From: Podarcis bocagei
Lineage: Eukaryota
Assembly: GCA_964188305.1 (NCBI GenBank)
Contig: OZ076887.1
Reading direction: 5' to 3' (one strand)
DNA: 64,000 bases
In this document: piece by piece, positions 1 to 13,434 of the stretch
Layout: every line of letters starts with the position of its first letter
How positions within the stretch are numbered: the first letter of the stretch is position 1
The notes under the pieces: generated by a model
The model's input: the letters and a program-made list of their open reading frames with translations, nothing else
What the model was told of the DNA's origin: nothing
Databases searched by the model: none
Position numbers and translations under genes: made by a program

Positions 1-3000
1 AAAAAAATCACAAATGGCTGTAAAATATCAAGAACTGAATTTCAAATAGGAAAAAATGAGAAACAGAGAACCAAAATTGACAGATCCTTCCATCCCTAGT
101 TCACATCAGTGTAAAGAGACATATGTAAAGGTTATTGCTACTCTAATGAGATAGTAGTCCTGTCCAAATGTCATAAGCGTTTTGAATAAATATCTGGACA
201 TTCTACTTTTACCTTTTAGGAAGGGATTATTAATCACTCACTTAAACTAAAGGGCAGCCAGTCAAAACAGAACATGTAATTGATTGTTTTAATGGTATTG
301 GGATTTATTGAATTGTAGAAGTCATTTGAATGTTTATGATTTATCTTTGTTGTTATGACTTATGGGCCTGATAAATAAATTATTTGAGTTGAATATGTTG
401 TGGTTTGTTGTGGTCCTCTGACACATATTTTGAGGCTTTATTTTAAATGTTGAATTTCAAGAGGAACACAGTTACAGTCAAATCAAATTTGCCCTACTCC
501 AGGATAGGCCATTCCTCACCCCCAATCTTCCTTCCATCTAACAGTCAGCTTTCTGTGGTCACACACCTTACTAGGCTGTTGGGTTTTTTGCCGGCATGGG
601 GGTGGCGGCTCTTAGGCTTTTAAGGTTTGCTGTATTTTTTAAAAATCTTCATGTTCGCCAAGCCTTCTGATATCACCTCTAGATTGCGATGTCATCATGA
701 TTCCATAAGGAATGGCACTCATACATGAATGTCAGAAATAGAGGGAATGATAAGCAGAAAACACAGTGGCAAAAAGTTGAGACTAAAATCTGATGAAGAT
801 ACCCCCCTCCATTTCCCAATTATCTCAACCAGATAATTGTGCAAGTTGTGGAACTTTATGTTTTTTTGTTTTGAGCAATGCTATGCTGTCTCCAGCTTTA
901 CACTGCTATCCATAATGCACCAGCACAAAATGTGGGCAGCTTAGTGGCTGTTTGGGTGTCGATAATACTGATTGGCAGAACTTGCAACAGAAGCCAGCTG
1001 CACATATAATTAATGCCTGAAATGCGCTTAACTGTGTGCCTTTCACACATCCCACCTCAATTCACTGGTCACAGCATGAAATCTTAAGTTTATCACAAGG
1101 CTATAAATGAGGAAATATAGTGAAATTCAGTTTCGTGTTTAAATCCATAAATATATATATAATAAGAGCATGCCTGCATATAAGGAAAAGATGAGCTTAG
1201 TGAAGAAGCGGACTTATCCTGTATATGTTCTCATATCTCGGTCTGCAGTGCTGTTTTTATGACATCAGGGAGATAAGAATTGAAATGTTTAGCCTGTGGA
1301 AGACAACTGCAGGTCATGATACTGTGCCAGGTATCAGATTCTGAGCATGCATTTTTGCAATCAGACTTCGCCTGTGGAAGATGACTGTAAATATTCATTA
1401 ATGGATAGTCCCCGAGGTGCCATGTGTGGATCGCTTTACTGCCAGCACTGTAAAAGATATGATCTGGTTTGATGTTCGTTGGCAAAATAGAACCAATTCA
1501 CAGAGATATTCTCTGAACGTTCTTTTCGGTGGAATGTACATGAGGAAATTGGAAGTGCTGTGTCTTCTGTTTGCAAACCTGTAGCAGGTACATACTGTCG
1601 AATCATTAGATCCTCAACAGTAGCATGAGAACATTTTTTTAAACTGTGGCATGACTGTTTGCAGCGGTGCTTTGACATTTTTCAGCATATTTTTGTGATG
1701 AATTCAATTGTTTTATGTACTTTGGCAGTTTGCGATTTGTATTGTGCTAGATTGTCCATGTGTATTGGTAATCAGACACACACTGTTTTACAAAAATATT
1801 TAGTTAATGGTCATTAAACTTCCTAAATGAAGGCTCCATTTAAATACAAGCAGCAACATGGGATTATTATTGTTGTTGTAACTTCAATGTTGTTTTCCTT
1901 CCTATATTTTTCTAGCTCTAAACTTCTCTTTCTTATTAACTTTCTCATTTTTGCCCCTCCCCCCTTTGTCATCTCTCCAACATTTTCCAGATACAGCTGG
2001 AAAAAGGCTCTTATCTGAAACCCAAGAAAGCCACTGTAGACCTGCATTTGCCAGTCTGAAACTCTCAAGATGTTTTGGACAGTTCCCATCACCCCTACCC
2101 AACTGTGCCGGCTGGGGCAGATGGGAGTTGTAGTTGAAACATCTGCAGCAGCTGGCATAGTCACATTTCTAAACCAGATGACTCAAAGGGCTGACTCAGT
2201 ATCAGTCAGCTTCCTGTGCCATTCTTTCTGCTGCCTATTCCTTCTCCTTTCTCCAAAAGATGGTTGATATAACAGCTGTGTAATTACACATCCATACTGC
2301 TGAGGCAACACACTGGTTGAAGACCAATGCAAACATTTGGGGTCCTTCCAAATTGCCAGCTGTTCTAAGCTAGGGGCATCTGACAGCGACTGCATAAATA
2401 GAAATGTAGACTAGAGTGGCAGTTTTTATTGCTCTTTCCTTTCCCCTGCCGAAGCCTTTACCTCAGGGACTATGAATTCATGCTAGACTGCAGGTGAATT
2501 GCAGCTATTGAGCCGTGTTCTTCCGCTTGGGTGTCTCTGATTCTCTGCTGAGAATGCACCCATTAGAAAAATACCACTTACACCTTAAGAATCTATGAGG
2601 ATTAAACTATATTCTACCACGTATTTTCTACTATGCTACATAGTAGATCCACAGGGAAATCCCAATTAAAGGAACATTGTTTTGGTCCACCTTGCACTGT
2701 ACTGCCCATTCACTTGCTGCTTAGGATCTTGCATAGCTTCTAATATTATTTCCAGCTGCTGTAAACACATTAACCAATCGCTTCTGTAGCTTCTCTGTTG
2801 TATTAAGCCGCCCCAAAGTTCAAGGAAATGTATTGTGGGATGCTTTTAATTGCTAGCTGTTGGGACTGTTACTGAAGGGAACCATCTGGTGGACCATCAA
2901 ATCACTGTGAGGCTTTTAAATGGAGAAAATAAAACTATAGGCGTTTGCCAGGAAATTCTCTATGGCTTGTAGCCTTCCACTCCCGCCCAGTTCGTATTGG

Positions 3001-5841
3001 ACAAAGGGATTTGAGTATGGTCTAACAGAAAACATTTCTTAGAAATATAGGCTGGGTTTTATTTCTTTATTTTATGGCACAAAGGGACAGGATGTCACTT
3101 GCATTTTACCCATAAACTCCCAGTCACCATGCAACAGATTTAGCTTTAGCTAAGCATATTTTCACAGCTGATGCTACGAAGGTCTTTTAGCATCCCTTGC
3201 ACCACCTATGAGCAATTGTGACTGGTTGAAATGTGATTCATCATGTATCATAGAGCCCTGCTGGAAAATTAATGTGTGGACTTGAAGCACTATTTTCTTA
3301 CCTGCATACAATGGTCTTCAGCAAGGTATAAACCCATAATTGTGAATGAAACGTCTAGCTCTGTCAATTTCAGGTAGCAGGACAGATGATAGCTTTTCCA
3401 GATGGTTGAAGGTGGAGTGAGAGAAAGACATCACAGCATGTGATATAGATACTCACTTCTGGCAAACAGGTTTTTGCCGTGTTTGAAAAAACCTGTTTGA
3501 CAAGAGATCACAGTAGGGATTAGGGGGCAGTAATGTGTGAGTATGTGATCCTGCCACATTCTTTCCCACCATCACTTGTCAGCTTCAAGAACATGAGCAG
3601 ACATAGAGAAGCAAAAATAGAAGGAACTAGGCACAGCTGAAAGACAAGAGGGAATAGGAATTCTCCAGTGTACCTGAGTTTAGGCTTAGTCACATGTTGC
3701 ACTGAACACAGGGGCAAGCTGACTTCTTTTGACACATGTGCAAGTATTTGTGTGAGAAAGTGTACACTGGATTTGCACAGCTCTTCTATTATGTACACAC
3801 AGGTCCACAGAGTATATACACTCACTGAATGTAATGTGTGAACACCTCTTTTGTTAAAACCAAACGCATCTCAGAAATACAGTTTATCTTCTTCAGAGTC
3901 CATCTGCATCAGTACTGCTTGTGGTCAATCTGCCTAAGCACCCCCAGATCAAACTGGGTTGCCCTGTAGCCAGAAGCCTTACTTAGATTGCTTTTGAAGA
4001 AGGAAATTTGTGCCGTGTTTCCAAAATAAGAGCATAAGAGGCTGCTGCTTCAGGCCAAGTCCAGCATCTTGTTTTCACAGTGGCCTCCTAGAAATAGAAA
4101 TGGGAAATAGTCAAATGGGAATATTCAAATAAGGGGTGGTTTGGGTCTTGCCAGAGATGAAAATAAAAATGTTTTCTTTATTATTGGCCTTTTACAATAT
4201 TGTGTATCTCGGCACACTCTAGAAATACTATGGTGTGTCTAAATGCTACTGAAATCATTGGGATTTTTTTTAGCATGCCCACCTTATTATTCTTTTATGG
4301 AAGCTGTGACATGACTCTGTCTTTCTTTGGAGTAAGCCCAGTAAATGGAAAGTTTGACACTCTTCACCAGCATTTCTTTTTATTCTGAAATTGTTCCCTT
4401 CTGATCTGAGAAATGTGATTTGGTGCATTTCCATCCTATTTCCAAGCTCATCATTGCAAAAAACATATGTATTTAAAAATCTGAGAATCTGTGGTACTCT
4501 TAAAATCCAATGAGAACCTGGAGGCTAAGCAAAAGTTCTTTGCTTTCGGTCTTGTTTTTAAGCAAATAGTGATTGGCCAAAGCAATATAATAGCGCAAAA
4601 TAACTAACTACTTGCAGGACCTTAATTTGCAGGACAAAGTTGTTGCAGCATTTGATTGACTCTGATGATTTGTGAATGTGCATCCTTCTAAGCTCCCTAT
4701 GACGCACTGACTTCTTTATTTTAACCGTAATGCTGTTTGGCAGATTGGATGTGTGGTTTCCTCTCGTGTTCTCTGCTTCTGGATGCTGGATTCAGCGAGT
4801 CTCCTGCAGTAAGCAGTCGTGCTTATCAGAGCCGGAACACAGTGTGCCGAGTACAGGCATACCAGACTCCTGCCATGTCTATTCCAGAATTTAAATCACC
4901 AGAGACTTCAATAGCAAGTGACTTAATGCTGACCACAGCTGGGTGGATTTTGCATGGAGGAGAGCTGGAGAGGACTCAAACATCTGTCGGATAGCATGAA
5001 AAGAAGCATTGCTTCATTTGCAAGTTCAAAATACCCCCCCCCCACACACACACATTAACCTGAACAGGTTCAGCAATATATGAAGCAACAGAATACAATT
5101 TTACAGTCTTCCCCAGCCTGATCATCTCTGATCATACTGCCTGGGCCTGGTGGAAGTTGTTGTCCAAAATATTTGGAGTGCATGAAAAGACATATATGGA
5201 GACACACAAGCTGTAGCGCACTGGCCAGAACTCAGGCACACCTTTTGTATTGCCAGAGCCCCAGCCAAACAAGTTGCTTGTAGAATAATTGCCTGCAGGC
5301 CATGGTTCCATGGCTGGTGGGTTTCTTGCTGCTTCTTACTGTTCAAGACTGAAGAAGGGGGAAGAGATAAGGCCTGTGTTGATTGCCCACAATGGGTTAA
5401 GCTTTACCTGTGCTGGGGTGGATCATGCCCTTATATTACATAAGGAGGAAAAATATTTTTGAGCATTAATGCAGATATATAGAAATAACTGCACTCAGGA
5501 AATACGTCTGTTGAATAAATGAGTACCACTTTAACATAATCACGTCTCAGAAAAATTGCACTTTAAAGAGTGCTAGCTGCTGAAAATATAATTGTGCGAA
5601 AAATCATAATAATGGAATATTCTATACCAACCTGGTTTTCTGAAACTTCTAGCATGTACTTTTTATTTATTTTATTTCTTTGGCCTGCTGTGCATTATGA
5701 ATGGAAATTTGCTGTTTTGGGAAACTTCATTATCTGTATATTTGAAGCAAAGTAAATTGATTTTACATATAAATGCAACCCAAAATGATAAATGCCGAAG
5801 GGCCAGATACCATCTCCCTGTATCACTGCTGTATTCCTAAT

Positions 5842-6240
5842 AGGGGCGTGGGTGGTGCTGTGGTCTATACCACTGAGCCTCTTGAGCTTGCCAATCATAA
5901 GGTTGGCGGTTCAAATCCCCGTGACGGGGTGAGCTCCCATTGCTCGGTCCCAGCTCCTGCCAACCTAGCAATTCTAAAGTACGCCAGTGCAAGTAGATAA
6001 ATAGGTACTACTGTAGCGGGAAAGTAAACGATGTTTCCATGTGCTCTGATTTCCGTCACGGTGTCCCGTTGCACCAGAAGCGGTTTAGTCATGCTGGCCA
6101 CATGACCTGGAAAGGTGTCTGTGGACAAACGCCAGCTTCCTTGACTTGAAAGCAAGATGAGCGCCGCAACCCCATAGTCACCTTTGACTGGACTTAACCA
6201 TCCAGAGGTCCTTTACCCTTTTTTTAAAAAAAACCTTTTT
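5842..6240 (+). mobile_element. Sauria SINE (subfamily A)
   Basis: tRNA-like head with B box (ggttcaaatcc), core cctgccaacctagca...gtagataaataggtac, acctt-type tail. TSD ctgtattcctaat at 5829-5841 and 6241-6253. Confidence 0.9.
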
Positions 6241-6360
6241 CTGTATTCCTAATGCTGATGGATGTGTGGGTGATAACACCCTGAATTGCTGGGCAAATAT
6301 CTGTATTCCTAATGCTGATGGATGTGTGGGTGATAACACCCTGAATTGCTGGGCAAATAT
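6241..6360 (+). repeat. Perfect 60-bp tandem duplication (2 copies)
   Basis: 6241-6300 is identical to 6301-6360. Confidence 0.97.
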
Positions 6361-6744
6361 GGTATAAACATCTATCCAAGACCATGACAGAGTTTTCAGA
6401 TGATTTGCCCTGGTGACCCAAGTCTGGAAGAGGAAATGCTGGTGTTTACACTCAACTGTTATGTGAATCAAGTTCAGCCCTTAGATATGGCCTAACTTTG
6501 CATGGTCTGAGGAATGGTCCAGCTCTGCAGACCCTGTGGGCCATTTCTTAAACTCTTCAACAACTGGCTGGGGTGAGGAGCGACAGGAAATGAAGAGAAA
6601 GACAACCATAGAGAATAATATAGATCACTACACAGAGAGAAAGAGTGAAGAGAATGTAGGGATGATGTGAGCCTGGAAAGGAGATGTGGGGTCTCTCTGG
6701 AGGGGCAGGGGACTTACTGTACTCTGAAAGGGCCAGACTTTGAG

Positions 6745-7035
6745 GAGAAGGACAGTCCACAGGGCATTATGATTTACAGTGTTGAAGGCCTTGGTCAGGT
6801 CAATAAATGCCATATACAGGGGTTGGTTTTGGTCTCTACATTTTTCTTGAAGCTGTCGAGCAGTGAAAATCATGTCCATTGTCCCCCTAGAAGGTCAAAA
6901 ACCATTTTGAGATTCAGGAAGGGTAGCCTTGAATATAGTTTGTTAAGATCCTTGCAAGAAGTTTGCTGGCCGCAGCTAATAAAAAGATGCCTTGATAGTT
7001 TCCACAATCCATTCTGTCATTTTTTTAAAAAAGGT
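6745..7035 (-). mobile_element. RTE-clade LINE reverse transcriptase fragment (decayed)
   Basis: Minus strand reads ...DCGNYQGIFLLAAASKLLARIL.../LPESQNGF*PSRGTMDMIFTARQLQEKCRDQNQPLYMAFIDLTKAFNTVNHNALW, with a frameshift and a stop. These are typical RTE RT motifs. Confidence 0.88.
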
Positions 7036-8281
7036 TGACAATATATCTGTATATATACAACTATACTGTACTATGTAACCAAGTGACCCATGCACTGGCT
7101 CAGTTTGCTCCCCACATGCTAACTGTCAGTGGTTTCCCCCTTCTTGTCATTGTTTATCTTTAAACTGGACTTAGACCAAAGAGAGAAACCCTTCAAATAA
7201 AGGGTTGTCCTCTGACAGCCCTTCAAACCAAGTTTTTAGTTCTTATGTCTGGAAAGGCAGCGTTGAAAGTAGATGAGCAATGTCCACTGAAATATCAGAA
7301 GTCAAAGGGGCACTCGAAAATGTCTCCATTCCTAAACCAACTCACTTTTGTGGGTTATTTAACAATTTAGTAAAGGATAAAAGGAGAATTCCCTGGATGC
7401 CTAGATCCAGGTTTGGGGGCAAATTCTCTCTTGGTGAGAAAACCCCAGCAGAGATTTAAAATCACAAAACATGCAGGAAAGTAAAGTGTGGAAATATAGG
7501 CTTAAAAATGCCTCCTTTTAGCTAAGTCTAGGAAACCAACTTACTCAATGTTCTTAACCCCTTCATCTATTAACTAGGCCTGCTGGTTATATGAGGCTGA
7601 TTCTGCTTTTTGAGCTTAGTGAGACTCACTTGTGACTACATGCTGTAGAATTGTTTTTATTGGGATGCTTTTTCTTCTTCTTGATTTTGATTCAGAATTT
7701 TTTGTAGTTGTTCTGCTGTAGACAACCCTACAAACCATCTGGTTGAACGGTGGTATATAAATGCATAAAATAAATAAACAGGAATAGTGATCATGCTGCA
7801 TATTTTAGCAGTTGAGGGTGGAGTTTCTTCCCCCTTCAATATCTAGCAAAGCCAGAAATGGAAGAGAAGCCAATATATATGTTAGCTATATATTTCCTCC
7901 AGTATAGGAGGCAGAATGGCATTGAATAGTAAAGTTCATGATCAGGGGGGTGCTATCATGCTTACGTCCTGCTTGTAGGCTTCGCATAGACTGGCCACTG
8001 TGAGAATTAGATTAGATAGACCTGGACTAGGTGGACCTTTGGTTTGATCCAGCAGTGCTCCTCTTATGCTCTTACATATATGTTCAGAAAAGATGATGCA
8101 GAACAAAAAAAAATGTGACTAAATTAGACAAAATAAGATTGTCTGCTATGTTAACATGCTGAATCTGCATCTTTTATACTACAAAATCCAGCTTTTTGTG
8201 GCACCAAAGTTGGATTGCCCAGATACCTAATTATTTATTTTTCTTCTTTTTAATAGGGTACAATGTTGTACCCTATTAAAT

Positions 8282-8622
8282 GGGATGCAGGTGGCGCTGT
8301 GGGTTAAAGCACTGAGCCTAGGGCTTGCCGATCAGAAGGTTGGCAGTTTGAATCACTGCGACGGGGTGAGCTCCCATTGCTTGGTCCCTGCTCCTGCCAA
8401 CCTAGCACAAAGCACGAAATGCAATAGGTACCACTCTGGCGGGAAGGTAAACGGCATTTCCATGTGCTGCTCTGGTTCGCCAGAAGCGGCTTAGTCATGC
8501 TGGCCACATGACCCGGAAGCTGTACGCTGGCTCCCTTGGCCAATAAAGCGAGATGAGCGCCGCAACCCCAGAGTCGTCCGCGCCTGGACCTAATGGTCAG
8601 GGGTCCCTTTACCTTTACCTTT
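8282..8622 (+). mobile_element. Sauria SINE (subfamily B)
   Basis: gggatgcaggtggcgctgtgggttaa head and (acctt t)n tail; lies 150 bp upstream of the PGBD5 exon at 8769. Confidence 0.9.
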
Positions 8623-8768
8623 AATGTTGCTCTGACTACAGATTACGATATGTCTTGTAAGAAAACAGCTCTGAATTTGAGTGTCCATGGGCCAGATGGC
8701 CTAACTGCTAATTCTCAGTTCCCTTACTCAGGAAATGAGCACAACATGTTTCTTTTTGTGTTTTCTAG

Positions 8769-9196
8769 GCCCCACTCGCAAAATGGCACCAACTGCCAGT
8801 GCCATGGACTTCTTCCAACTCTTTGTCCCTGACAACTTGCTGAAGAACGTGGTCGTGCAAACCAATATGTATGCCAAGAAGTACCAGGAGCGGTTTGGGA
8901 GTGATGATGCCTGGGTAGACGTCACTCTGACAGAAATCAAGGCTTTCCTCGCGTACATGATATCCACCAGCACTCACCACTGCGAGTCCGTACTCAGCAT
9001 CTGGAGTAGTGGTTTCTATAGCAACAAGAGCATAGCACTGATCATGACTCAGCCGAGATTTGAGAAGATCCTCAAGTACTTCCATATTGTGGCCTTCCGT
9101 TCCAGTCAGACTACGCACGGCCTCTACAAAATCCAGCCCTTTCTGGACTCCCTGCAACACAGCTTTGACTCTGCCTTTAAGCCTTCCCAAACCCAG
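8769..9196 (+). CDS. PGBD5: PGBD5 coding exon (equivalent to human exon 2; 428 bp, phase 1 to phase 0)
   Basis: Polypyrimidine tract plus AG at 8767-8768, donor GTGAGA at 9197. Translates (G)[45 protein letters not shown]...[25 protein letters not shown], which I recognise as vertebrate PGBD5. Confidence 0.97.
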
Positions 9197-9307
9197 GTGA
9201 GATATGGTTCCTTGGCTGTGGGAGATCTTTGGTTACTCCGTGCTGGTACGTCAGAGGCTCTTTTATACCAAAGCTGCAGAACATAAATGTATCCAACTTT
9301 CCTGATA

Positions 9308-9551
9308 CTGTGGTACCTCAGTTTTCGAACGTAATCCATTTCGGAAGACTGGTTGGCTTCCGAAATGTTCAAAAACCAAGGCACAAAGGCCGCCTGCAAT
9401 TTCCACTGAGAAAATTGGGGGGGGGGGGAATGCAGCGGAAGCCGTTTGACTTCCGAGGCGCGTTTGAAAACGGAAGCAATTACTTCTGGGTTTTCAGCGT
9501 TCGAAAACTAAAACTTTCGGATTCCAATGCTTGAAAACTGAGGTACCACTG
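9308..9551. mobile_element. Tc1/mariner-superfamily (Tigger/pogo-like) MITE
   Basis: TIRs C(T/A)GTGGTACCTCAGTTTTC ... GAAAACTGAGGTACCACTG, with TA on both flanks. Confidence 0.85.
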
Positions 9552-11393
9552 TAAACAGCTGATTAACGTAATATGATCTCATAATACAAAATAAAAGTGG
9601 ATCATGTAAAAGGGCGCTGAGATTACTACTTTTACTATGTTATACTTTTCATGTTTTTACATTGTAAACTGCCCTATGATCCTCAGATGAGGGGCAGTAT
9701 AGAAATTTAATAAATTTAATAAATTTAAAAAAGAAATTTTTCAAGTGCACATTTAGCACGCACTCCCAGCAGTGCAAAGCATGAATGCGCAGCGGTGTGT
9801 TTGTGAATGCATGTCATACAGTTTTGTGGTACATCAAGATAAGTATGTACAAATCTATCCTGAGCTAAGGCAGGCACTTAATTCAATCACAAAATAAGCC
9901 ATGCTACTAAGGTTTAAAGTTCATATATGATATTTCTTTTCAGTAAATTGATTAGCTTAGCTGTAATCAAATTAAGATGAAACCAGTCACCAACAAACCA
10001 AAAGAATTAGCCAGTAGGAGCTACTGGTTTTCATTTTGGAAGGTGGTGAATCAGAGGGATAAATTAATTCAGCTTGTGTCTGTACTATTTCTCTTTATGG
10101 CTAATTGTTTAATTGAATTGAAGACTGGAACCCAGCATTAAATGTTAACCCTTTCCAACATGAAGGTATAGCATGCTTTGTAAGTGAAGATTATTCTTGG
10201 AAGGCTGTTAGTGAGAGAATATTCTGCTGACTAAAGAGTGGAATGTGTTTTATCCCCACTTGAAGACTGCAGCATCGAGTGTGAGAATTAGCCACCAGAG
10301 ATATGCTAACAAGAAGACTGGGAAAGTGTCTTCTCCACTGTCTCCACCGCCACAAAAATCTAAAGATGCTGTTACTTTAACATTTCTTTCCCAAATAAAA
10401 CAACATTTCTAGCCACGGTGACAAACTGCAGCAGCAAGGCAAATGCTCTTAGAGCCTAGAATGCCTTATTCTGAGGAAGGAACTCCCCATGGCCCTTCCT
10501 CAGAGGCTGTGAGGAACTACTTTCGGCTGGTGGAGAGGATTCAATTGTGGCCAACCCTCCACAGGTGGAGAGCAGATGGATTTGACACGCACACCTCCCT
10601 ACTGAAGCAGCGTGGCTTGCATTTGGTGCCAAATTTAAATGGCAAGGAATACAAGTTGTGCTTGCAAAGGCGCCATCAGGGGCCTTAGAGTGTGCTACCA
10701 ATCATTCACTGGGAAGCATATTGTATTCTGCACTCTTTGACCATGACCATGGGGGTGGATCTACTTGTTTGCTCCCACGTGGAACCGATGTCTGTTGAAA
10801 GCAGTGCAAATTTAAACAGCGCCAAATTAAACCTGTGCAGGCGAAGGGACAGCCAAGACTTCTATTTACTTTTTTTGCAGCCGCAGCTGACAGGTGGGCA
10901 TGGCTGGGGGGGGGTGGCTTCATGGACCAAATTAAAAGCCCTGGTGGGCCTAATTAATTCCATAGGCTGCTGGTTCCCCATACATGGACTAGAGTGAGGC
11001 AGGGAGGAGGTGGAGATGGAAGCAGAGAGACTTGCCATGTCTGTGGACACCCAGTGTCAATAAATGGAACCAGGCAATGACAAGGGTGCACAAGCCTCGG
11101 AGGATGCAGGATGTGTCAGTTTACTGCTCCACTTCATCCACAGCCCAAGATAATGGTCTCAGCTTGCCTCATTATCACCTGGCTGCCAATGCACACCTGC
11201 TCTGGTGACAATCACGGCCGGGGCAAAGGCTTAAAGCCCTTCTCCCCCAACCTGCGCTGCTCCACTTGAGATCAGAGGCCAGCTTTTTTACTTCAACATA
11301 ATATCTGGTTTGGCCCTAAGATTAACTGGAAATCAATGGAATTAAATTAGCCGTGACGTTGTCCAGGTTCCCATTGCTCACGGTGAGAATTTG

Positions 11394-12134
11394 TTGCAGA
11401 TGACACAACCGTGATGGCAGAAAGTGAGGAGGAATTAAAGAACCTCTTAATGAGGGTGAAAGAGGAGAGTGCAAAATATGGTCTGAAGCTCAACATAAAA
11501 AAAAATAAGATCATGGCCACTGGTCCCAAAACCTCCTGGCAAATAGAAGGGGAAGAAATGGAGGCAGTGAGAGATATTACTTTCTTGGGCTCCATGATCA
11601 CTGCAGATGGTGACAGCAGTCACGAAATTAAAAGATGCCTGCTTCTTGGGAGAAAAGCAATGACAAACCTAGACAGCATCTTAAAAAGCAGAGACATCAT
11701 CTTGCCAACAAAGGGCCGTATAGTTAAAGCTATGGTTTTCCCATTAGTGATGTATGGAAGTGAGAGCTGGACCATAAAGAAGGCTGATTGTTGAAGAATT
11801 GATGCTTTTGAATTATGGTGCTGGAGGGAGACTCTTAAGGAAATCAGCCCTGAGTGCTCACTAGAAGGACAGATCCTGAATCTGAGGCTCCAATACTCTG
11901 GCCACCTCATGAGAAGAGAAGACTTCCTGGGAAAGACCCTGATGCTGGGAAAGATGAAGGGCACAAGGAGAAGGGGACGACAGAGGACGAGATGGTTGGA
12001 CAGTGTTCTTGAAGCTACCAGGATGAGTTTGACCAAGCTGCGGGAGGCAGTGGAAGACAGGAGTGCCTGGCATGCTCTGGTCCATGGGGTCACGAAGAGT
12101 CGGACATGACTAAACGACTAAACAACAACAACAA
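11394..12134 (+). mobile_element. BovB (RTE) LINE, 5'-truncated 3' fragment
   Basis: ADDTTVMAESEEELKNLLMRVKEESAKYGLKLNIKK...MYGSESWTIKKAD...RRRGRQRTRWLD...WHALVHGVTKSRT followed by a (CAA)n tail. Premature TGA at 11792 and an internal deletion near 11835. Confidence 0.95.
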
Positions 12135-12904
12135 ATCTGCTGGTTGTTTTTCAGTGGTGTCAGTTCACGCATTCAGATACCAGCAGATATCATTAAGTGA
12201 CGTCCATGCATGTGAGCTGGCCTTTAAATGCATTGAATGTCAAAGGCTTAAAAGCTTAATCATATCTGACTGCTATAATTCTGAATTCCATCTAATCCAT
12301 CTCCCCATTTCCAAGTCCTTTTGCCAAGAATACTTTGCTCCTGTTTGAAATACTTATGTAGCTGGAATTAGCCTTATATAACGCTGAACATCTGGCTCTG
12401 CCTATATACCTGTGTTTGGCCCTATGTTGAAGATTTGCTAAAGCAAATTAAATTGTCTTTGTCTCTTTGGTCTGCCTCTCTTCCAGTACTAATGGAAGAA
12501 CGCAGATTTCAGAGTGGCAGATGCTGAAATAGCTGTTTTTGCGGTAGTTTAGCACAGATTTCAAATGAATTATTCAGAGACCTTTAAGTTTGGCACCTCT
12601 TTCCCTTGACAGCATTTTGGTTATTGAATTTATTTTCTAATGTGCCAAGGTTAACAATATACAAAAAGTGGTACATAAAATAGCAAAGGTGGGGGTGAGA
12701 GAAGATACTTCAGTTTGCTCCTGATTTAAGAAAGACTCTTATTGGATATCGAAAGGCTGAGATTCCCTTGAGTTTGAACCTTGCAATCCGCACTCCCCCC
12801 CCCCCCCCGCATTTCACTAAAGAAATTAGTTGGATTCTTTTGTGATCACTTATAGTCTAGAAATTGTTGCCATTTAGTTGTTGTCATTGTCACCACTATA
12901 AAAG

Positions 12905-13432
12905 AGTGTGTGTGTGTGGCCTACTCCAAAGTCTCTAGGCAATTTGCAACACAAAAAATAAAAACGTTAATTAAAAATGACATAAAATGGCATGCAGGCA
13001 CCAGTAACCCACCCCTCCCTCATACCAAGCTGTGTGGAAGACACTTCCCTTTCCAAACCAATGAAACTTAACAACCTGAATAAACAATATTAAAATTGTC
13101 ATCAGAAGGAAGATGTTTAAAAGCTTTAAAACTGTGCTGCTGCTGAAACTAATAAAACTTCTAAAATTTACTATAAACCTAGGCAGGGAATAATGTATTT
13201 ACTTGACCCTGAGAGAAAATTGCACAGAAGACACCAGGCAAATTTCCCTGGGGAGCATTCTGTATTGGGGGGGCACCACTGACAAGCCCCACCCCCCTCA
13301 TTGTCACACTCTGTAACTCTGATGGAGTGACCACCCTGAGGAAGGCCTTTGTAAGGTTCAGGTGGTGAAGGAAAAAGATACTGGAGTCCCAGACTATGTA
13401 TGGTTTTGTTGGTTAACACCAGCACCTTCAAT
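12905..13432 (-). mobile_element. L2-like LINE 3' fragment (old)
   Basis: Minus strand KVLVLTNKTIHSLGLQYL resembles the L2 ORF2 C-terminal motif (FKVLVLTYKALNGLGP). Boundaries approximate. Confidence 0.6.
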
Positions 13433-13434
13433 TA

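Noticed and set aside
1165-1680. Possible old transposon coding remnant with a short divergent repeat (gcctgtggaaga at about 1292 and 1370)
   Set aside because: No recognisable motifs or termini; cannot be assigned without a database search.
4744-4808. Possible alternative PGBD5 exon (branch-like ttttaac, CAG acceptor, GTAAGC donor, internal ATG at 4749)
   Set aside because: The ATG frame ends in phase 0 but the next exon needs phase 1. No recognisable homology; unsupported without RNA data.
5843-5930. tRNA-like A/B boxes (also at 8282, 18000, 43718 and 48119)
   Set aside because: These are SINE heads with no complete cloverleaf; not tRNA genes.
8735-8768. ATG-initiated N-terminal extension [11 protein letters not shown] of ORF 8735-9286, and its read-through after 9196
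   Set aside because: The extension is the intron polypyrimidine tract and the tail lies beyond a canonical donor. Similarity to PGBD5 covers only 8769-9196.
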